A DNA stretch of 64,000 nt from NCBI GenBank assembly GCA_963794025.1, contig CAWCCK010000022.1, positions 120,937 to 184,936 on the forward strand, written 5' to 3'. This stretch comes from Ignavibacteriota bacterium. Lineage in GTDB: Bacteria; Bacteroidota; Ignavibacteria; Palsa-1295. Of this stretch, positions 56,751-64,000 are shown one piece after another; the first letter of the stretch is position 1; each line of letters starts with the position of its first letter. The translations under genes were made by a program, and so were the position numbers. The notes under the pieces are model-generated. The model searched no databases, was not told the origin of the DNA, and was given only the letters and a program-made list of their open reading frames with translations.

Positions 56751-58850
56751 ATGAATCATTTTTATTCCCCCAAACGAATATGGTTAGCGCTGCTACTCCT
56801 CTCGATTGCAGCGGGTGGTGCGCGTGCGCAATGGAGGATTGTGGCGCCGAATTTAGCAAATTTTGACACCCTAGCTGGCGTAAATTATCAATTTGGCGCC
56901 ATGTGCTTTCGGGACGGCAATCTCTGGATTGCAAATGTCCCGTATCTTTTTCGCTCGACCGATTCCGGCATCACTTGGACGCGGCAAAACCTAGACCAGC
57001 CATACAACACTGAAGATGCATGCGAGCTTGATTTTTTCGATACGGCTAACGGTCTCCTCATTATGCGAACGGGAGTTTTTGTGACGAACAATTCCGGGGC
57101 AAGCTGGACGCAAATTAAATCGGCACGTGGATTCGGAGGATGCTTTATGGATAGCCCAAATCACATTGCATTTACCGGCGATATAGTTCCTGGCGCTATT
57201 ACAACGGAAGGTGGTATTACCACCGATCGAGGAGTAACATGGAACGACGGCCCTCTTATCGAAGATGGGACTTCCGCAAAATACAAGGCCGGAACTGCTT
57301 ATATATTTGGCGGGGATACCACTGGGGGGCGGATTTATACATCCAAAGATAATGGCGCGTCGTGGCAAAAAAGTGCTTCGAGTATCCATTTTGATTGCTG
57401 GTCGTTCGCGATTGATTCCTGCGATCCAAACCGCATGTATGTTGTCAATGAAGAGAACGCTGCTGTAGAGGACCAAGCTTCAACCGACAACCATGCCCAT
57501 TTTTTTGTGACGACAGATTTGGGGACAACCTGGCAATCAACCTTTTCCACATCAATCCCGCCGTGGTTTTTCACGGGATCGATTGCCGAAGGTATACATT
57601 CGCTTTATTGCCAGACTGTTTCCGATGGAGTGTTTCGTTCCATCGATCGCGGGCTGACTTGGATCTCGATTGGCGGTCCATCGATGGACTATAATTATGA
57701 TAGGCGTCTGATTACTGCTATAAATGATAATATCGTATTGGCGGTCGATGGAGAAGGGAACGTTTGGCGAACGGATAATAGCGGCGGTGATTCGATTGCG
57801 CTTCCGCAATCTTCATCCCCTAATAATGCTCTCTTTATACCTTCGCCAAACTCTATCGTCAATCAAAGCCTTTGTACTACGCAAATCGATACCTCCATTC
57901 CAGTAGGTATCTTTGGTTGTGGAACTCTAACCGGAACGCTTGATTCGCTTTGGCTTACCGGCTCGTCCGCATTTCAAATCGCTGATTCTCGCACCGATCC
58001 GAGAACTATTGGGATACTCGATAGCATCCTTGTCAATTACGATGGTACCCAGGGATCAGATACTTCGATATTGCATCTTCAATATAATATCGGCTCCGGT
58101 GTACAGGATACTGCCATTCAACTTATCGGTTCCGCTGCGTTTGCTTCACGCTCAGCGCAACTTCACCGTGAAGCCGCATCCGCATATTTCGGGCAAGTTG
58201 ATTCCCTCACGCTTGGAGTCGATCTTAGCTCGCAGATAAATATCGATTCGCTCTGGCCGTTCATTACGGACATTCAGTTTACGTTCACATGGGATTCCTC
58301 TGTCGTCAGCGAAGATGATTATGTCCCACCTTCGGGTTGGAAGTTAACCTCACTTACGGGTAACGGCAATTCGGAGAGTATCGAGATTCAGAATAAATCT
58401 TCTGTCGCTACGCAGCCATTGAATCTCGGTACCGCGCTGTTTTTACCCGATTCAACGCAGCTTGCGACAGGCTGGGTGGAACTTCCGAGCTTAGTAATTG
58501 ATATTGGCAGTCAGCCGCTTTCGCTCTGCGTGACGGATAACGAAGATAACCATTGGTCGGTGAAAACGCTTGGCGTAATGAGCGGCGTGACAGAAGTTCC
58601 TGTTATTACTCAAGATATTTCGGTTTACCCCAATCCCGCCGAAGATGAACTCTTCGTGCGAAATGCAAACGAGTTCCCGCTTTCGATCGAGATGTACGAT
58701 GCAATCGGCCGGGAAGTTTTATCTGCAACCGGAGCGTCGTCATCGACCACTACACTCGCCACGCAGTCGCTTCAGAATGGCGTCTATTTCTTCCGTGCGA
58801 CGAATGGAACCGGCTTTTCATCTTCGAGCAAGATTGTGATCGTGCGGTAA
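56751..58850 (+). CDS. BNR/Asp-box repeat beta-propeller secreted protein with a T9SS C-terminal sorting domain.
   Basis: Repeated SxDxGxTW motifs (STDSGITWT, TNNSGASWT, TTDRGVTWN, SKDNGASWQ, TTDLGTTWQ, SIDRGLTWI), a signal peptide, and C-terminal VYPNPAEDELFV...NGVYFFRATNG. Confidence 0.75.
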   Translation: MNHFYSPKRIWLALLLLSIAAGGARAQWRIVAPNLANFDTLAGVNYQFGAMCFRDGNLWIANVPYLFRSTDSGITWTRQNLDQPYNTEDACELDFFDTANGLLIMRTGVFVTNNSGASWTQIKSARGFGGCFMDSPNHIAFTGDIVPGAITTEGGITTDRGVTWNDGPLIEDGTSAKYKAGTAYIFGGDTTGGRIYTSKDNGASWQKSASSIHFDCWSFAIDSCDPNRMYVVNEENAAVEDQASTDNHAHFFVTTDLGTTWQSTFSTSIPPWFFTGSIAEGIHSLYCQTVSDGVFRSIDRGLTWISIGGPSMDYNYDRRLITAINDNIVLAVDGEGNVWRTDNSGGDSIALPQSSSPNNALFIPSPNSIVNQSLCTTQIDTSIPVGIFGCGTLTGTLDSLWLTGSSAFQIADSRTDPRTIGILDSILVNYDGTQGSDTSILHLQYNIGSGVQDTAIQLIGSAAFASRSAQLHREAASAYFGQVDSLTLGVDLSSQINIDSLWPFITDIQFTFTWDSSVVSEDDYVPPSGWKLTSLTGNGNSESIEIQNKSSVATQPLNLGTALFLPDSTQLATGWVELPSLVIDIGSQPLSLCVTDNEDNHWSVKTLGVMSGVTEVPVITQDISVYPNPAEDELFVRNANEFPLSIEMYDAIGREVLSATGASSSTTTLATQSLQNGVYFFRATNGTGFSSSSKIVIVR

Positions 58851-58855
58851 AGTTC

Positions 58856-59305
58856 CTACCCTAAACGCGGATCGACGGGCAAATCTTCCACACTCACAAT
58901 TTCAATAGTGCGAGCGTGAGGATGAGAAGGATTAATTACGATATTATCTTCTTCACGAATGATGACGGAGGGAACCCGCATCGCCAGGAACTTAGCTGCG
59001 CGAAGAAAATCATCTCCAATGCGCTGACTGATGGCGGTCTGCGGGCGCTCGTCCCATCCAACGGGTAAATCGGCTAATTCTATTTTTCGGATATGCGCTC
59101 CCTGTGGTAAACGAAGTTTAACGAGCACCAGGTCACTCGGAAGGATCGTCGAATGAGCCAGCACTTCGAGCAGTGCGAGCGAGGGAGAAATAGAAGTATA
59201 GAGCATCGCGCTTCCAGCAGAATTCCATCGGCCTCCATCGAGGCGCGATCCTTTTCCGGTCACGTCATCGGCATACGCCCGTTTGGAAACCCGATAGACG
59301 ATCAT
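58856..59305 (-). CDS. RES-domain toxin (MbcT/Res-like, predicted NAD+-targeting).
   Basis: Conserved R...E...S arrangement (GGRWNSAGSAMLYTS ... LALLEVLAH); 149 aa. The antitoxin gene lies immediately upstream. Confidence 0.65.
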   Translation of the reverse strand: MIVYRVSKRAYADDVTGKGSRLDGGRWNSAGSAMLYTSISPSLALLEVLAHSTILPSDLVLVKLRLPQGAHIRKIELADLPVGWDERPQTAISQRIGDDFLRAAKFLAMRVPSVIIREEDNIVINPSHPHARTIEIVSVEDLPVDPRLG

Positions 59306-59796
59306 TAATACACGCCGTATTCAATGCGTGTCAACTCGGCCTTGACAACCTGCATTCCTGTGGTGGTATCCAGCAGTTCGTTCGGGGAAGTATTTCCTAA
59401 TGAGAAACTCGGAGCGCCGAGCCACATCTTGAATTTTTCTTCGCTTCCAAAAACTTCCCGCCCGCGCTCCACGATCTGAGCTACTAAGAGCGCGCGCTCT
59501 GTCGAGGTAGAATCCATAACCGAATTCTCCTTTCGATACCGTTGGATCGTGCGCGGTGTAATTTGAAGGAACCGCGACCACTCTTCATTCGAAAATTTCG
59601 ACGCCTCCTGAATCTGCTCGAGCTGACGCCCGCGAATACCATGTTTCGATTCCTCGATCATTTCCATCGGACTTAGCGTTGCGGCCCATCGCAGAATATG
59701 CCTGTTGCGCAGCGTCTTTGCATGAGTGGCGATACGTTCTTTTTTCAAAGGAGTGCGTGCTTTGCGTGGAAAGGCGACTGCTTTTTTGGTTAACAT
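59305..59796 (-). CDS. Xre/MbcA-like antitoxin (DUF2384 C-terminal domain) partner of the RES toxin.
   Basis: The C-terminus FKMWLGAPSFSLGNTSPNELLDTTTGMQVVKAELTRIEYGVY matches the DUF2384 pattern. It abuts the RES gene. Confidence 0.6.
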   Translation of the reverse strand: MLTKKAVAFPRKARTPLKKERIATHAKTLRNRHILRWAATLSPMEMIEESKHGIRGRQLEQIQEASKFSNEEWSRFLQITPRTIQRYRKENSVMDSTSTERALLVAQIVERGREVFGSEEKFKMWLGAPSFSLGNTSPNELLDTTTGMQVVKAELTRIEYGVY

Positions 59797-59991
59797 CGTA
59801 TTGTGACATTTGTCGTGAATAATGCGACAAATAATCTAACCGACCCGGTGCGATAACAATTCCTGATAATCCTATTCTTGAGATATACGTTCGTAATTTC
59901 CATAATTAATTTTATGTCAATTAAACCATTCATGCATAGTACATCTCTTACAATAGAACCGATTACCCCTCGGTTGGATTTACCTTCATAG

Positions 59992-60630
59992 ATGTATCGC
60001 CCGGAATACCACGCATTAGAAGATACGGAACTTGTTCGGCTGTTTCAGGCCGGATCGTCTCCGCGTGGAGAAGCGACGCAAGGGGAGCGGGATGCGGCGT
60101 TTACGGAACTTGTTACTCGGTATCAGAAGCGCATCTATTATGGAGCGCGAAAAATGCTGCACGGCAATCACGATGAAGCCGATGAGATTGCGCAGGAGAC
60201 ATTCGTCAAAGCGTACGAGGCGCTTGCAAATTTTCGCGGGGAGTCGCAGCTTTATACGTGGCTCTACCGCATTATGATGAATGCCGTTATTCAGCGTTCG
60301 CGCAAAAGCAAAGTTCGGCAGTTTATCGGATTGGACGATATTCAGGAACTCGCCGAAGAGGGGATGGAGCCAGATAAGGAACTTCTGAAATCGGAAACCA
60401 CGCAACTCATCGAAGCTGCCATCGAAACCCTCCCGCCAAAACAGCAGCGCGTGTTTATGATGCGTTTTTACGATGAACTTCCCTACGAAGACATCGCATC
60501 CATCGTAGGCACGAGCGTTGGCGGCTTGAAAGCTAATTATTTTCACGCGGTGAGGAAAATAGGGGAGTATCTTCAGGCTTCGGGTAAGATCACGTCGCTG
60601 AAAGGTCTCGAATTCGCTGAAATGGAGTAA
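59992..60630 (+). CDS. ECF-type RNA polymerase sigma factor.
   Basis: Region 2 segment FTELVTRYQKRIYYGARKML...ADEIAQETFVKAY and region 4 segment QQRVFMMRFYDELPYEDIASIVGTSVGGLKANYFHAVRKI. Confidence 0.8.
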   Translation: MYRPEYHALEDTELVRLFQAGSSPRGEATQGERDAAFTELVTRYQKRIYYGARKMLHGNHDEADEIAQETFVKAYEALANFRGESQLYTWLYRIMMNAVIQRSRKSKVRQFIGLDDIQELAEEGMEPDKELLKSETTQLIEAAIETLPPKQQRVFMMRFYDELPYEDIASIVGTSVGGLKANYFHAVRKIGEYLQASGKITSLKGLEFAEME

Positions 60631-60686
60631 GTTAAGGATCTATTAAACTTTTCAATACAAAAAGCGTCTATAAAATAGAGACGAAA

Positions 60687-61253
60687 ATGCAAAAGCAGAA
60701 CGAACATATTGCGAAGATCGAAAAGCTCGAGGATGAGATCCGAAAGCTTGCGATTCCGTACGTTTCCGAGGAGCCTGATCCGTTATACTGGGCTAACTTC
60801 CGCGTCCGCGTTATGGAGCGGGTTAGACCAAATGAAGCAAAAGCAGGATTGCTGGATCGAATGCAGCAATTTGTCGCCGGTCATGTTTGGAGCAGCGGCA
60901 TTGCGATTTCGGCTACTGCCCTGCTTGTCGCTGGCGTTATGATATTCCAGCCGTTCGCAGATGCTCCGCAGAAAATTGCTGTTTCTGCGCCAGCGACCGT
61001 GGCACCCTCCGCGCCGGCACCGGTAGCGCAAGCAGCTAAACCTGATCTCGCAGTAGTGCAGGAAAAGCCAACAGCACATGTGACCCATCCGTCGCATGAG
61101 TCGTATGCCGCAAATAACGCGAACACTTCGGCGACCGATCTTGCTTCGGTCGAACCGATGCTGCCATCCGACGATGAGCATCCGGTCAGCCTTGAAGATC
61201 TTTCGAAACCGCAGCTCGAAGCTATCGTGCAAGATTTAGAAAATAACGAATAA
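60687..61253 (+). CDS. Putative single-pass anti-sigma factor.
   Basis: Follows the ECF sigma gene. It has one TM helix (SGIAISATALLVAGVMIFQPF) with a charged N-terminus and an Ala/Pro-rich periplasmic tail. Confidence 0.45.
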   Translation: MQKQNEHIAKIEKLEDEIRKLAIPYVSEEPDPLYWANFRVRVMERVRPNEAKAGLLDRMQQFVAGHVWSSGIAISATALLVAGVMIFQPFADAPQKIAVSAPATVAPSAPAPVAQAAKPDLAVVQEKPTAHVTHPSHESYAANNANTSATDLASVEPMLPSDDEHPVSLEDLSKPQLEAIVQDLENNE

Positions 61254-61256
61254 AAT

Positions 61257-61889
61257 ATGAGGCAGAAAAATAAAAGATTACGCCTCCAAAGTATTATGAA
61301 ATTAACAGTATTATGTATTGGATTGCTCGCCGGCGCGGTAATGACCGCGACGCCTGTGCGCGCCCAATCGGACGCTAATGTCCAGCCGTCTGCGCAGGAT
61401 CAATCCATCCGGCAAACGCTCGTGCAAAAGATCGAGCAGTTGAAGTACGACAAAATTCAAAAGCGGCTGGAACTCGATGACCAGCAGGCGAAGCAATTCT
61501 TCGAAATTTACATTCCTGCCGAAAAAGAAATTCAGGCGCTCGTGAGGGAACGAAATTTAGAGATCAAAGCGCTTGGCGCGGCTACGGAAGCTCATGCCTC
61601 CGATGCGGACATCGCGGCGATGACCCAGAAAATAGCCGATCTCAACAAACAAATTCCCGACCGAGTGCTAAAGCTCGATGGCGATCTCAAACCGCTCCTC
61701 ACGCCGACGCAGCTTGCAAAGCTGCTCGTGTTCGAGCAGGAATTCAACGCCCGCGTCCGCGAGCAGCTCGCAGGTCGGCAAGGCTCGACCGCCAGCGAGC
61801 TTCGCAAACTGCGCCGACAGATACGCCAGGATCGCATCAAAGAACAGCTTCTCAAAAAACGTGCCGCCGAAAAGGCGGCTGGTCATTAA
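61257..61889 (+). CDS. Periplasmic Spy/CpxP-family (LTxxQ motif) protein.
   Basis: Signal peptide and LTxxQ-type motifs (LELDDQQAKQF; LTPTQLAKL). Confidence 0.6.
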   Translation: MRQKNKRLRLQSIMKLTVLCIGLLAGAVMTATPVRAQSDANVQPSAQDQSIRQTLVQKIEQLKYDKIQKRLELDDQQAKQFFEIYIPAEKEIQALVRERNLEIKALGAATEAHASDADIAAMTQKIADLNKQIPDRVLKLDGDLKPLLTPTQLAKLLVFEQEFNARVREQLAGRQGSTASELRKLRRQIRQDRIKEQLLKKRAAEKAAGH

Positions 61890-61928
61890 GCTGTGATGTA
61901 GCGTGAACTTTAGTTCGCGCCACGTTGT

Positions 61929-63103
61929 GTGTGCGTCTGCATGATCTATCTCGATAACGCCGCCACCACCCCGCTTGCGCCAGAAGTGCTGGATGCGATG
62001 CGCCCATTTCTTACAGAGGAATTCGGCAATGCATCCAGCGTCCATCAGCTTGGCGCGCGCGCGCGAGTAGCGATAGAATCTGCACGCGATACCGTTGCCC
62101 GCGCCATCAATGCCGAACCGCGCGAGATCGTATTCACTTCCGGCGGCACCGAAGCCGATAACGCCGCCATCAAAGGCGCGATCTTTAAGCAATATGCCGC
62201 ACTTAAAGATTGGAGTAAAATAAAAATCGTTACCAGCAAAGCAGAACATCTCGCCGTGCTCGAACCCATAGAATGGTTCTGCGGAACTTGGCGCTTCAGT
62301 CACTTACGTCCCTGTAAGTCCTTTTGGTCATGCAAAAGTAGAACGCCAACCAAATAACCGGCGACACTACGCTTGTTTCTCTCATGATGGTGAATAACGA
62401 AACCGGCGCAATAAATCCCATCTCCGAAATTATAAAAATCGTAAAAGCGAATTCCAACGCGCTCGTTCACACGGACGCGGTGCAAGCATTAGGAAAAATT
62501 CCCATTGATGTAAAGGCATTGGGAATTGATCTCCTCTCGCTTTCCGCGCATAAAATTCATGGACCGAAAGGCATCGGCGCGCTCTATATCAAAAGCGGAA
62601 CGCCGTGGGAACCGCTCCTGCATGGCGGATCGCAGGAACGCAACCGCCGCGGCGGAACGGAATCCGTCGCGCTTGCTGTCGGATTCGCGGAAGCAATAAA
62701 GCGATTACCCTCTCCCCACTGGGGGAGAGGGCAGGGTGAGGGGGGTGTTGCTTCACTAAGAACTTATCTTCTAACGAAACTCGCCCAATTTCCTGAAATA
62801 GTTCTTAATTCCGCAACGGACGAAAGTTCCGTCGATTCCATCGTGAACTTCACTTTCACAAACGAAGTGCTTGCGCGCTTGGATGCCGACGCGCTCATCA
62901 TTCGCTTCGATCTTGAAGGAATTGCGGTATCGAACGGCTCGGCCTGCACCTCCGGCAGCCAGCAGCCATCGCATGTCCTGCTCGCAATCGGCAAATCGAA
63001 AGAGGTTGCGAGTAAATCCGTGCGCGTATCGTTTTCCCGCTATAATACGGTGGAGGATATCGACCGGTTGGTTGAGGTGGTCGGGAAAATTATTGGGAAT
63101 TGA
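61929..63103 (+). CDS. Cysteine desulfurase (IscS/NifS family) interrupted by two close +1 frame breaks (about 62283 and about 62345) and carrying an in-frame palindromic-repeat insertion.
   Basis: N-terminal part MIYLDNAATTPL...FTSGGTEADNAAIKG in frame A. The middle LGASVTYVPVSPFGHAKVE is in a second frame. The C-terminal part TGDTTLVSLMMVNNETG...SAHKIHGPKGIGALY...CTSGS is in a third frame. Confidence 0.7.
62708..62746. repeat. Palindromic element CCCTCTCCCCActGGGGGAGAGGGcagggtgagggggg embedded in-frame in the cysteine desulfurase CDS.
   Basis: Encodes PSPHWGRGQGEGG. It resembles widespread CCCTCTCCCC...GGGGAGAGGG-type intergenic repeats. Confidence 0.55.
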
Positions 63104-63112
63104 AGAATTCCA

Positions 63113-64000
63113 TTATTCCTTCACGAATTTCGTACGCGTTATACCATCGCTCACAAAATACACACCTGATGGGAGCGAGGAAATATCGAGAGTGTTTCCG
63201 GTTTGCTTTACTGCATAACTTCTGCCAAGCGGATCAGAAATAGAAATATTTCCTTCGCTCGATGTAATTTGAATTTTGTCCGACGCAGGATTCGGAAACA
63301 AAGCCAAGCTACTATCATTACTTGGAGTGGCTATGCCTGCAGTGACCAACTCAAGGTATGCGAGTGAAGAAGATCCCAAAAAGCCACTATCATCGACAAC
63401 CCCAGCGAGTAAGCGTCCGGAGCCAGTCACAGCAAACGGAACAACACTATGGTAAGGAATTCCGCTGCTTAATGGTACGGTGTCGCACTCCCAATTTACT
63501 CCAGCATCGAAGCTCTGGACGATCCGGCCAACAGAATCATTGCCGGCCATTACCATGTGCCTCCAATCTAACGACATTTGAATAGCGTAAGCTCCGAAGT
63601 AAATACCGTTATTTTGCGGTACCGCCAATTCGTTCCAATTCGTGCCGAAATCCGTGGAGATGGCCATTGCTAATGAAGCATGGTAGTCGGTAAGGTCCTT
63701 CCATCGCCACCCTTCAATGGCAAGCGTATCTCCCGAACCAAAGAAAAAAGCATAAGGATGAAAACTCGTGTCCGCGAGCGGTCCATTGGATGAGATGTAC
63801 GTCGTGTCCCATGTGTTCCAATTATTATGCGTAGTGAAAATCTCGTCGGGAGAGTTAAACAAACGAAACGTGCTATCACCATAAGAACAGCATGTAACAC
63901 CATTATCAAACACCTCCTGTTTCCAATGGTTACCCGAATCGACAGTGGACCAATAGAAGCCAAATGGGGCCTCCACCATGCCTTCGGAGGCATTGGCAAA
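63113..64000 (-). CDS. Secreted protein with a T9SS C-terminal sorting domain. Its 5' end probably lies beyond the window.
   Basis: C-terminus LALFPNPASDKIQITSSEGNISISDPLGRSYAVKQTGNTLDISSLPSGVYFV, with propeller-like W/N-rich repeats upstream. Confidence 0.6.
   Translation of the reverse strand, partial: FANASEGMVEAPFGFYWSTVDSGNHWKQEVFDNGVTCCSYGDSTFRLFNSPDEIFTTHNNWNTWDTTYISSNGPLADTSFHPYAFFFGSGDTLAIEGWRWKDLTDYHASLAMAISTDFGTNWNELAVPQNNGIYFGAYAIQMSLDWRHMVMAGNDSVGRIVQSFDAGVNWECDTVPLSSGIPYHSVVPFAVTGSGRLLAGVVDDSGFLGSSSLAYLELVTAGIATPSNDSSLALFPNPASDKIQITSSEGNISISDPLGRSYAVKQTGNTLDISSLPSGVYFVSDGITRTKFVKE

Overview
This is a 64-kb chromosomal window from a bacterium with type IX secretion (T9SS) cargo genes and an archaeal-type ProRS, which points to a Bacteroidota/Chlorobi/Ignavibacteria-like organism. 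GC content is roughly 55-60% with clear AT-rich islands at 881-3514 and 9000-12400.

Housekeeping genes found: rocA-like P5C dehydrogenase, purE, pyrK-pyrD, proS, rplJ-rplL, rpsP, rimM, thiolase/3-hydroxyacyl-CoA dehydrogenase-like genes, two M16 peptidases, a cysteine desulfurase and an ABC ATPase.

Interleaved with these is a dense accessory load:
- A single-polypeptide Type IIG restriction-modification enzyme.
- Seven toxin-antitoxin-like modules: VapBC, DUF4258/DUF2283, ParE-like, DUF433-DUF4258-ZnF, MazEF, RES-Xre and an HTH XRE.
- Three ECF-type sigma modules.
- Several T9SS-sorted secreted proteins (S8 protease, BNR/propeller proteins).

The most interesting locus is 25440-31430. It holds a 1031-aa TIR-like/STAND NTPase/TPR protein (bacterial NLR-like), followed by a DprA/LOG (SLOG)-like Rossmannoid protein and a four-TM SLATT-like membrane protein. 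The two-gene module is bracketed by copies of a composite repeat: a GTCATyCyGArCGGAGC hairpin element plus AATTCGTAATT-type tandem arrays.

The window is unusually rich in small palindromic repeat families. Two of them are inserted in-frame inside protein-coding genes.

Several genes show apparent frameshifts or an internal stop: the DUF1761 gene, a T9SS protein, the REC-TrxR fusion, the cysteine desulfurase, and the 9654-12409 region. These could be pseudogenes or assembly errors; the sequence alone cannot distinguish them.
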